Position numbers and translations under genes: made by a program. Below, one piece after another: positions 6,880 through 14,485 of a DNA stretch of 64,000 bases. The stretch is from IMG/VR virus record IMGVR_UViG_3300006046_000001, positions 1 to 64,000 of that record; one strand, given 5' to 3'. The first letter of the stretch is position 1; each line of letters opens with the position of its first letter. This DNA comes from a virus. The notes beneath the pieces were generated by a model, which made no database searches, was not told where the DNA came from, and was given only the letters and a program-made list of their open reading frames with translations.

Positions 6880-7227
6880 TTACTCCAAGTAACTTTCGTC
6901 CTCTACATAATCATCCTCTTCCTCTGGATCGTCCAGATCAGAATCGATCTCCTCTTCTTCATCATCTTCTAGATCAGAAGGTTCCAAATCACTTCCATCA
7001 TCTACTTCGTCGTCTGTAGAATGGAGGATTTCACAAGAAACAAACTCTCGGAGAGTTGCTTCTTCTCCGTACTGATGTTTCTCTTGCGTGTTGTAGAGCT
7101 CGACTACTTTCTTGAGCTCTGGGCTTGGATCAGTTTCATTCTTATGATTGATCTCAAACTGCTCGTCCCAGGTTTCAGTTTGCCCTACATTCTTTACAAC
7201 CAGTTTACAGAGAGATCTGTACATCAT
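6880..7227 (-). CDS. hypothetical protein with extremely acidic C-terminal tail
   Basis: 115-aa ORF. The last ~50 aa are mostly D/E (DDEVDDGSDLEPSDLEDDEEEEIDSDLDDPEEEDDYVEDE). The stop codon sits 1 nt from the tRNA-Arg 5' end. Confidence 0.6.
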   Translation of the reverse strand: MMYRSLCKLVVKNVGQTETWDEQFEINHKNETDPSPELKKVVELYNTQEKHQYGEEATLREFVSCEILHSTDDEVDDGSDLEPSDLEDDEEEEIDSDLDDPEEEDDYVEDESYLE

Positions 7228-7279
7228 TCTGTTTCCTAAATTGAACGTCCGCTAGGACCAATTGTATCTAAAACTCGAG

Positions 7280-7489
7280 CTACACTGGCTCTACAATGTC
7301 CCAGCCGACGATATTTTCGGTGAAAGGAACGGGTTCAACCTCGTCTGCTGCCTTAACTAAGAAGGCAGATCCACGTCCACCAAATACAACATCTTTTACT
7401 TGGAAGACATCAGACTTGCCCGGCTGCCTTACAAGCAGTCCAGGCTTAATTTCTCTCTGAAATTCGATCCTTCCGACAGCCTTTAGCAT
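7280..7489 (-). CDS. hypothetical protein
   Basis: Track ORF 7280..7708 trimmed to ATG 7489 (MLKAVGRIEF...), 1 nt after the stop of the MazG-like gene. The longer version overlaps that gene. Confidence 0.45.
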   Translation of the reverse strand: MLKAVGRIEFQREIKPGLLVRQPGKSDVFQVKDVVFGGRGSAFLVKAADEVEPVPFTENIVGWDIVEPV

Positions 7490-7490
7490 T

Positions 7491-8075
7491 CTACACTCCA
7501 GGTTTAAGATTGTCCTCGAGTATCTGCCTCTCCTTCCCCAAATCACGGAGCAGAGCCTCATCCTGACTAAACTTGTCCTTGTATCGTCCGCCAACGAGCT
7601 TCTTGATGTTAGCGATCTCAACCATCTCCATTGTAGTACCAAGAACACTACAGAGCAGGTTGAGATACCAATCGGCATCTCCCATCTCTTCCTTGAGGTT
7701 GGTCTCATCTAACTCCTTACCTTGGAAGAAATGAGCTTCAGCAGCCTCAATAGTTTCTCCTCCTAGCTCGGTAGCCAGTCCAATCAATGCGTGAATGACC
7801 CGGATGGATCGCGGATTGGAGAATCGCGCTTTGACTCTTTCCATTCCGTCATTCGTTAATCCTGTTAGGAGCTTTTGACATGGGTAATCTTTCCCGTAGA
7901 AGAGATGCTTCTTGAGTAGGTCTAGTCTAGCTGCCAAGTCGGTCATTCTGACGAAGACCTCGTGAAGTTCCTTCAAAGTGCCTTCGTCCTGGAATCTTAT
8001 TAACATCTCTGGCGTCACTGGAGCCTCTGTCCGAGTGGCTAGGAGCACTCTATCTGCAGCAGGAATTCTTGGCAC
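7491..8075 (-). CDS. mazG: MazG-like nucleoside triphosphate pyrophosphohydrolase
   Basis: LIGLATELGGETIEAAE ... EEMGDADWYL ... IANIKKLVGGRY matches the E-x-x-E / EE-x-GD-x-x-W / N-x-x-KL-x-x-RY pattern of all-alpha MazG-type NTP-PPases. Confidence 0.7.
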   Translation of the reverse strand: MPRIPAADRVLLATRTEAPVTPEMLIRFQDEGTLKELHEVFVRMTDLAARLDLLKKHLFYGKDYPCQKLLTGLTNDGMERVKARFSNPRSIRVIHALIGLATELGGETIEAAEAHFFQGKELDETNLKEEMGDADWYLNLLCSVLGTTMEMVEIANIKKLVGGRYKDKFSQDEALLRDLGKERQILEDNLKPGV

Positions 8076-8077
8076 AA

Positions 8078-8620
8078 CTACGTTCCTTTCAAAAGTCTGA
8101 GAGACCGAAGGTTACGGAAAAAGCCTTTGAAGTCAGAACCCCAACCTACAACAGGCACGTTGGAGCTAAGTTTGAATCCGACATAGTTACAGTAGATGGC
8201 ATCCATCGGAACAAACCCTTTGTGGAAGAGGACAGCAATCTGAGCTTCTTCCACACCAAGTTCAAACAGTGCTTTGCCTACCAGATCTAGGGTTTGTCCA
8301 CTGCTGATCATGTCATCTACAATCAACACTTTCTTCGGCATATCTGACATACCGAAGTATTCGAACTTACCGTCTCCAGTTAGTGAGACATGGAACTTAT
8401 GTACTGCAACTGGAAGTTTGATCCATTGCAGCATCTCGTGAAGAAATGGTCCAGCCCCGGGCAGAATCGGAACTATGTGGAGAGGATCAGGAAGCCAGTC
8501 ATGTTGGATCTGAAGAGCCAACTCTCTGATCTTGTCCTCAATTTCTGATTCCCTGAAAAGCTCGTCGCCAAGCAAACCAAGCAACTGCTTAGAGGTCAGG
8601 CTGCGATAGTCAATGGCCAT
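8078..8620 (-). CDS. hpt: hypoxanthine-guanine phosphoribosyltransferase-like (type I PRTase)
   Basis: PRPP-binding motif KKVLIVDDMISSGQTL. C-terminal YVGFKLSSNVPVVGWGSDFKGFFRNL resembles the DYVGF..FVVGYGLDY..YRNLP signature of HPRT. Size of 180 aa fits. Confidence 0.7.
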   Translation of the reverse strand: MAIDYRSLTSKQLLGLLGDELFRESEIEDKIRELALQIQHDWLPDPLHIVPILPGAGPFLHEMLQWIKLPVAVHKFHVSLTGDGKFEYFGMSDMPKKVLIVDDMISSGQTLDLVGKALFELGVEEAQIAVLFHKGFVPMDAIYCNYVGFKLSSNVPVVGWGSDFKGFFRNLRSLRLLKGT

Positions 8621-9486
8621 TTTTGCTTGAATGCCTTTGTCTGAGCGACAGATTCTTCTGCAATCCGGTTAGGATCAGCCTGCCTTCTGTCGTATCTGGC
8701 GTAAGTTGTGAACGCGTTAAAGAGCGACCAGACTGTCTTGCCGGTGAAATCTTTGAATCTTGGATTCTTAAATTCTTCTCGGACCGACAAGATCGCATTC
8801 TTGTGGAGCTGTCCAACTTCAGCAATCTCGCAGATGAAGTTGGTGGCTTCTGGAACGGTAAGCTCCATATACTTCCACTCATCGAAGAACGCTACATCGG
8901 ATTTGTAGCTGCTAATGAAACTGCTAACTGCAGATTCAATCATCTTTGGCAGCTCAACTTCAATGGTCGTGCTGTGCTTGTGAGAGAAGACGATCTCACC
9001 AGAGAAGGCCATGTTGTCGCAGACGAAGACTCTCGTTCCAATCGCGGCAGCAGCAGCCAGAGACTTGTCGATGCTGTTTCTCAGTCCTACTGACATAGTC
9101 AGGTCAGTCTGATACAGACCATGAGGAAGCTGGAGGTCGAGAACGCCGAACATGACGTTCCTGTCTTTCAGCAGCGAGAACTCAGACTTCCAAACTTTGA
9201 GATCCTTCTTGGCCAGTTCAGCAAGGACATAGTCCAGGTACTGACCATGATTGATAGGATGCCAGTGTTCAGTAAACACCGGCGAGGGAACTGTCCGGAC
9301 TTCATCTTCAGATGCTAAACGTGATCCGGCATGAGCAACTAGCATGACTTGGCCTCGTGGTAGAGGGCGTCTTTCCAAGTTCCGTAGAACAGCGGAACTC
9401 CTAGCCCTCTGAAGATAAGAGCTTGGATTGTTGGAATGGGCATCCAGTACTGACGAAAGCCAGACTTGACGGCCGCAAACCAACAT
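8596..9486 (-). CDS. DUF932-like phage/plasmid-associated protein
   Basis: RVFVCDNMAFSGEIVFSHKHS and the overall layout resemble the DUF932 family. The N-terminal ~47 aa look poor, so the real start may be ATG 9345 (MLVAHAGS). Confidence 0.5.
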   Translation of the reverse strand: MLVCGRQVWLSSVLDAHSNNPSSYLQRARSSAVLRNLERRPLPRGQVMLVAHAGSRLASEDEVRTVPSPVFTEHWHPINHGQYLDYVLAELAKKDLKVWKSEFSLLKDRNVMFGVLDLQLPHGLYQTDLTMSVGLRNSIDKSLAAAAAIGTRVFVCDNMAFSGEIVFSHKHSTTIEVELPKMIESAVSSFISSYKSDVAFFDEWKYMELTVPEATNFICEIAEVGQLHKNAILSVREEFKNPRFKDFTGKTVWSLFNAFTTYARYDRRQADPNRIAEESVAQTKAFKQKWPLTIAA

Positions 9487-9620
9487 TTTTGATCGCCAGA
9501 CATTGTCGATCTCCAGGTTACTTTATATCTAATACTGCAGAATTTTTGTAAAGACAGTTTTAAGGTTCTATGAATTTTATTAACAACAGCGCTGTTTTCC
9601 TATTCAGAATTAGCTGAAGT

Positions 9621-9696
9621 GGGTAGAGAGAGGAGGAGGAAGGAAGAAAGGGTTATATATTACATATATAACCCCTTCCTCCTCCTCTCTCTACCC
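9621..9696. repeat. 76-nt imperfect inverted repeat (33-bp arms, purine arm / pyrimidine arm, AT-rich centre)
   Basis: GGGTAGAGAGAGGAGGAGGAAGG[AAGAAAG]GGTTATATAT-TAC-ATATATAACCCCTTCCTCCTCCTCTCTCTACCC. Arms are perfectly complementary apart from a 7-nt bulge. Lies between divergent operons. Confidence 0.9.
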
Positions 9697-9715
9697 AAAC
9701 TCTTAGAGTTGAAAA

Positions 9716-10381
9716 ATGTACTTAGATATACTACTCTTACTGAGGGAAGGCGTGAATGAAGCATACGAACAGGCTGTTAAAGACAACGAGCTCATAGTTG
9801 GTTACGCTCTAGGTTACCAACAGACTCAAGACATAAACTATCTACGTGGGATGCATGAGCTATTGGTCCCTACCTCCAGATCTGTAATCAACCGCATAAT
9901 CAGAGAGGCTAACCTTGCTCTAGATCTAGAACCAGATATGCTGCAAGATGCTTACTTAAGACTTGCAGATGCTGTAAGCTGTTACGATTGGTACAAAACT
10001 CCAGTGTTCATAACTTACTGGAGAGTGACTCTTCGGAACCATCTGATAGATCTTTACCGTAAGCAGTGGAGACTTAGACAGCTTCCAGAAGATTATGATA
10101 CCAAAGCTCCAGAAGATCACGACGGATCAAGTTTCATGCTCACTGAACTTGAGCATGAGATAAGAGAGGTTATAGCCACAGCAACAGCAAATTGGAAGAG
10201 TCAGAAGCACTTAGCTCTGGCAGAAACCATTCTGAAAGAAAGGATCCTCAAACCTAAAGACGAGCAGACTACTCACAAAGTCATAGCAGCCAAGTTCCAA
10301 TTTCACCCAGGAGCCATATCACAATGGGAAGTGTGGATGAGAGATCTGATTAAGCAACATCTGCTAACTAAAGGGTTCTAG
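9716..10381 (+). CDS. sigma-70/ECF-like sigma factor (putative)
   Basis: DMLQDAYLRLADAVSCYDWYKTPVFITYWRVTLRNHLIDLYRK resembles sigma region 2. The C-terminal TTHKVIAAKFQFHPGAISQW resembles a region-4 HTH. First gene of the rightward block. Confidence 0.4.
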   Translation: MYLDILLLLREGVNEAYEQAVKDNELIVGYALGYQQTQDINYLRGMHELLVPTSRSVINRIIREANLALDLEPDMLQDAYLRLADAVSCYDWYKTPVFITYWRVTLRNHLIDLYRKQWRLRQLPEDYDTKAPEDHDGSSFMLTELEHEIREVIATATANWKSQKHLALAETILKERILKPKDEQTTHKVIAAKFQFHPGAISQWEVWMRDLIKQHLLTKGF

Positions 10382-10410
10382 GCGACAGATTTAATTAGCC
10401 TGAGGTACAA

Positions 10411-10974
10411 ATGACTGATTGGCGAACCCCTCTTGCTCAAGCATTAGTCGAGGTATGTCGTGGAGAAGGGATCTTTCAGTACGAAGAAAGCTTAGTAGTT
10501 TCATTCTTGGAGCTCTTAGCCAAGAGAGATCTTGCTCGGCCTGCTGGCAAAAGATCAGGATTCGCAACAATCCTAGAATACAAAGATTCTGGAGTGTCCA
10601 GATTCTTAAGTCAAGTTCGAGGACTCTGGAGTCAGACTTTTCCAAAACCTATGTCTCTACAAGCTCCTTCGCCACCGACATCTGTCCATCGCTATGATGC
10701 TGTTCTTGCACTCAAGCTAGACAAGGAGTATGACGTAACTGGTCTGCAGGCAGTTCTCAAAGACTACTTGATTAACAACATCGAGTCTCCATTTGACTGT
10801 TTAGTCATCCAAGTGTGTCACGTCTTTGGATTTTGGTATGACGTACATCTTCGGTACTCTTGCAACCTACTAGATGCTTACAAGCTAGTAACCGTCATAC
10901 CTTGGGTGAAGGACGGTGTAGTTCGTCCATTCTCAGACTTTGGAAAGAGAACGCTTTCTCTTCCAGAGAATTAG
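10411..10974 (+). CDS. hypothetical protein
   Basis: 187-aa ORF. No family recognised. Confidence 0.5.
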   Translation: MTDWRTPLAQALVEVCRGEGIFQYEESLVVSFLELLAKRDLARPAGKRSGFATILEYKDSGVSRFLSQVRGLWSQTFPKPMSLQAPSPPTSVHRYDAVLALKLDKEYDVTGLQAVLKDYLINNIESPFDCLVIQVCHVFGFWYDVHLRYSCNLLDAYKLVTVIPWVKDGVVRPFSDFGKRTLSLPEN

Positions 10975-10988
10975 TTGGTTTTTTAGAG

Positions 10989-11013
10989 ACCTCTAGGTAT
11001 TATCTCTAGAGGT
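10989..11013 (+). promoter_or_regulatory. stem-loop sequestering the SD of the small-terminase-like gene
   Basis: ACCTCTAG (10989-10996) pairs with CTAGAGGT (11006-11013), 9-nt loop. The 3' arm contains GAGGT ~6 nt before ATG 11018. Confidence 0.4.
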
Positions 11014-11017
11014 ACTC

Positions 11018-11797
11018 ATGGCTGTTAAACCTGTCTACAGCGCCGAACAACATCGCATAGCCTTTGAAGCTTGGTTCCAGACAAGAAGCTGGACCGAAGC
11101 AGCCCGGTCAATCGGCTGTTCTTATCCGACTCCAGCGAAGTGGGCAACCAATCTGTACGTCTGTGAGTATGGTTGTCCCTGGCATGACTGGGATTCTCTT
11201 ATCCGAGAAAGAGAAGCAAGTGCTCAAGCCCAGTTGGATCTAATTTCTGGCGGTAATGTTAATCCTCTCGAGCAAGAGAAGGCTCTTCAAGTACCAAACT
11301 TCCCTCTTCCAGGAACTTTTAGTCCTGCTCACAGTAGGCAAGAGAAGCAGAAACTTGCCCTAGTTGGCATTCACAAGTCTGATCTTGAGCGACTTGCACA
11401 ATATGAACTTCTGTACAACAAGATCTTCTTTGATCTTACTGGCGTTACTCTGAGCTACGGCATCTATAAAGATGCTGATGGTAAGACCATCAACTTTAGA
11501 GAGATATATGCCACTAAGGGCATGCGAGGAGAAGGGCAAAGTAAGTGTATTGCCTCTCTCAACTCCGTCTTAGATCAGATTGAGAAGCTCAGAAGGAAGC
11601 TGGGCCTGGACAATCCTCCGCCTACACCAGAAGAAGAGCTTGCCGCCGAGAAGGAAAAGACAGAGAAGAAGCTCACTCTGCAAGATCTTCGCAACATGCA
11701 AGCTAAGCTGCAGAATACGCCAGAGGATCAACTTCAAGCTATGGCTCAGATTATGAAGTCTGAAAGGCAGACGTTAGAGAATGCTAGCAGCGAGTAA
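11018..11797 (+). CDS. putative terminase small subunit
   Basis: Sits immediately upstream of, and overlapping, the large terminase. Has an N-terminal HTH-like segment (SWTEAARSIGCSYPTPAKW) and a coiled-coil C-terminus. Confidence 0.5.
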   Translation: MAVKPVYSAEQHRIAFEAWFQTRSWTEAARSIGCSYPTPAKWATNLYVCEYGCPWHDWDSLIREREASAQAQLDLISGGNVNPLEQEKALQVPNFPLPGTFSPAHSRQEKQKLALVGIHKSDLERLAQYELLYNKIFFDLTGVTLSYGIYKDADGKTINFREIYATKGMRGEGQSKCIASLNSVLDQIEKLRRKLGLDNPPPTPEEELAAEKEKTEKKLTLQDLRNMQAKLQNTPEDQLQAMAQIMKSERQTLENASSE

Positions 11798-13391
11798 GGA
11801 TAAAGAAGATCTACTGGCTGAGATCCGTAAAGAGATCTTACGCTTCTATCTCTTTGTTGATAAGAACGGACATCTTCCTAACGCTCCCGGAATGTCTGTA
11901 CGACATCTGCACAGGAAGGATGCAGAACGAATTCGTGTAGAGAATGAAGAGCTTTACGAGTTCATCACTACTGCCTATCATATCAAGTTGCCAAGGAAGG
12001 TAATCACCAGAGGGCACAGAGCTCCATTCGACTTCGTTGCTGATCTGTTCTTTGAGCGTGTGAAGAATGCTCTGGGCTTCGCCAACCGAAATGGTGGCAA
12101 GACTTTGGACGTCGCTCTGTTGAATCACCTTGACTCTGTATTCAAGGACAAATGTGAAGTAGCGAGTGCTGGAGCAGTCCTCGACCAAGCAAACAAGTGC
12201 TATCGCTACTTCCAACAGTTTAACGATCTAGATTGGTTTGTTGAGTTCTGTGCTGACTACGAGAAGCAAACCGGAAAGCGGTTCATCGAGAAGTCCATTC
12301 AGAGCTGGACCGAATATGCCAACGGATCAACAGTAGCTGTTATCACTGGCTCGGAGAAAGGGCTACGTTCTCCTCACCCAGTGAAAGCTCGCATTGATGA
12401 GATAGATCTGATGGAGTGGTCTACACTTCAGACAGGTCTGTCTATGGCGAAGTCAAGTTCTGGACACAGAGGACAGAACGTATTCACCAGCACTAGACAA
12501 CGGCAGAACGGACCAATGCAGAAACTGCTTGACACAGCAGCACAGAAGGGTATTGACATCTATGAGTGGGATATCTGGGAAGTAGTCGAGAAGTGTCCTC
12601 GACGATGTGTTGATGACTCAGAGCATGGAACCTGTCCCATCCATACCTTCTGTAAGGGCAAGGCACATCATTCTGATGGCTTCTACCACATAGATGACTT
12701 CATCGACAAAGTTCGCATTTTGGACAGAGAATCCTTTGAAACAGAGTGGTTGAACAAACGTCCCTCTCGCCACAAGCTGGTCTACTGGATGTTTGATAAC
12801 ACTAAGCACGTTATCGGACCTAGACAACTGTACGAGATGACTGGTCATAGAGAAGTCTCTCGGTTCTGGCAGAAAGCTAGTGCAATCGACTTTGGCTCAG
12901 CACCCGGACACCCGTTTGTCTATTTAGGAGGGGCACAGCTTCCCAACGGAGCGTGGCTCATCTTCAAGGAGTACGTAGCAGAGCAAAAGCTCTTAAGAGA
13001 TCATGCTACAGCCATTCGAAGTTCCATGCATTGGAATGGTAGTGAGCAGATCTATTCAGACTGGGATGCTCAAGATAGGCTTGAATTAGCTGAGTTGGGA
13101 ATTAGGACTCGTCCTGCCAAGAAAGAAGTTCTCACAGGAATTGATTATGTTGGAAGCCTACTGAAAGGGTTTCCTCCCAAAGAAGAACCCATGCTCTACG
13201 TCTGGGAAGAGTGTGATATTACCATTGAAGAGTTTGGCGACTATCAATGGCCCACTCGTCCAGATGGACAACCCGATCGCTCTGGAAATCCTTTGAAAGT
13301 AAACGACCACTGCGTGGACTCAGCAAGATACCTACTGTATTCTCACAAGACAGGTCACCGAGCGAAATACCGTTCTTACAAATCCAGTTAA
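11781..13391 (+). CDS. terL: terminase large subunit
   Basis: Walker A-like NRNGGKT, Walker B ARIDEIDLM, C-terminal nuclease motif NDHCVDSARYLLY. 536 aa. Confidence 0.9.
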   Translation: MLAASKDKEDLLAEIRKEILRFYLFVDKNGHLPNAPGMSVRHLHRKDAERIRVENEELYEFITTAYHIKLPRKVITRGHRAPFDFVADLFFERVKNALGFANRNGGKTLDVALLNHLDSVFKDKCEVASAGAVLDQANKCYRYFQQFNDLDWFVEFCADYEKQTGKRFIEKSIQSWTEYANGSTVAVITGSEKGLRSPHPVKARIDEIDLMEWSTLQTGLSMAKSSSGHRGQNVFTSTRQRQNGPMQKLLDTAAQKGIDIYEWDIWEVVEKCPRRCVDDSEHGTCPIHTFCKGKAHHSDGFYHIDDFIDKVRILDRESFETEWLNKRPSRHKLVYWMFDNTKHVIGPRQLYEMTGHREVSRFWQKASAIDFGSAPGHPFVYLGGAQLPNGAWLIFKEYVAEQKLLRDHATAIRSSMHWNGSEQIYSDWDAQDRLELAELGIRTRPAKKEVLTGIDYVGSLLKGFPPKEEPMLYVWEECDITIEEFGDYQWPTRPDGQPDRSGNPLKVNDHCVDSARYLLYSHKTGHRAKYRSYKSS

Positions 13392-13401
13392 GGATCCTCC
13401 G

Positions 13402-13755
13402 ATGCATGTGGAATTTGACGCCATTGTTTCAGCTCTGAAAGCATCAATTCCCATCCTGGAGCAGATCGCGGCATTCACGCCTTCCAAGTGGGACGACACT
13501 GCAGTAGGTCTTGCCAAGGCTGTCTTGACGAATCAAGACCTGCTCAACTTCTTCCACAACATATTCTCGATCCACGAAGTGGTGGCTACTTCTGGTGATA
13601 CCAGAACTGCTGCGATCCACGCTGTGATGGAAGCAACGGCCACGCCTGATGTTAAGGCTGCAGCTCTTGCGGCGGGCTTCGATTGGGCGTTGCTGCTCCA
13701 ATACCTGCCCCAGATCGTGACCTTCGTGTTGACGATGCTTGGCATGCGCCGGTAA
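13402..13755 (+). CDS. hypothetical protein with C-terminal hydrophobic segment (holin-like?)
   Basis: 117-aa ORF in a GC-rich patch. C-terminal WALLLQYLPQIVTFVLTMLGMRR. Confidence 0.45.
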   Translation: MHVEFDAIVSALKASIPILEQIAAFTPSKWDDTAVGLAKAVLTNQDLLNFFHNIFSIHEVVATSGDTRTAAIHAVMEATATPDVKAAALAAGFDWALLLQYLPQIVTFVLTMLGMRR

Positions 13756-13779
13756 GTAGTTCAACGACCAGAGGCTCTT

Positions 13780-14064
13780 ATGTTTGGTCTGCAACTTTCT
13801 ACTCCTTCTACGACAAGCATTTTACTAGGCTTGTTGGTTTTAGGAGTAGGTCTCATCCCAACTTTCTGGGATGAGATAAAGGCATTTTGGAAAAGAATTA
13901 CAACCAGGAGTACTACGACGACTCCTGGTACTCAAAGTGCTGAAGTTACAGCTGAGCAGGCTTTTGAAGCTGCTCTTCTTCTTATGCGGTACAAGGCTAC
14001 TGGCAAAGAAGATCCTGCCTTTGCTGGTGTGATGGCCGCAGTGAAGACTATCCTGGAGCCGTAG
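13780..14064 (+). CDS. small membrane protein (holin-like?)
   Basis: 94-aa ORF with an N-terminal TM segment (ILLGLLVLGVGLIPTFW). Confidence 0.45.
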   Translation: MFGLQLSTPSTTSILLGLLVLGVGLIPTFWDEIKAFWKRITTRSTTTTPGTQSAEVTAEQAFEAALLLMRYKATGKEDPAFAGVMAAVKTILEP

Positions 14065-14065
14065 T

Positions 14066-14485
14066 GTGCTGAAGAAAGTCCATCCACTGACGTGGGTTTG
14101 CACTATAGCAGCCCTGGTTGTAGTCTTCTCTGGGCAGAAGGGTTGTGAGCTTCCGTTCACTCCTTTCGCTCCTCCGGCTCCTTTCGCAGCAGACGTTCTA
14201 ACAGTCTTGGTTACTAGAAACGCCGGCGACACAGGTAGTGTCCCAAATTGGGCTCAGGGTAATACAGTAGCTACTGTAGAGGGTTGGACGAAAGAACACA
14301 AAGGTGAGTTCCGGATCTTAGACGCTACCAGCGATCCAAAAGAACTTGCTGCGAAGTGGAAAGCTGCTCTTGCTGTTCCAAAAACCAATGATCTTTGGAT
14401 AGTTGCTGCTGGTCCTAAGAGTGGCTTTAGTATGCCACTTACTGACAAGGCAGCAGTCTTTAAAGCTCTTGAGGGAGTTCGCTAA
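14066..14485 (+). CDS. hypothetical exported/membrane-anchored protein
   Basis: GTG start. N-terminal hydrophobic segment WVCTIAALVVVFSG. No family recognised. Confidence 0.45.
   Translation: MLKKVHPLTWVCTIAALVVVFSGQKGCELPFTPFAPPAPFAADVLTVLVTRNAGDTGSVPNWAQGNTVATVEGWTKEHKGEFRILDATSDPKELAAKWKAALAVPKTNDLWIVAAGPKSGFSMPLTDKAAVFKALEGVR

Noticed and set aside
6774-7019. 81-aa plus-strand ORF
   Set aside because: It lies across the two minus-strand tRNA genes and the 3' end of the acidic-protein gene. This is an artefact.
7280-7708. Full-length 142-aa version of ORF 7280..7708
   Set aside because: Its N-terminal half overlaps the well-supported MazG-like gene in another frame. It was trimmed to the ATG at 7489, which abuts the MazG stop.
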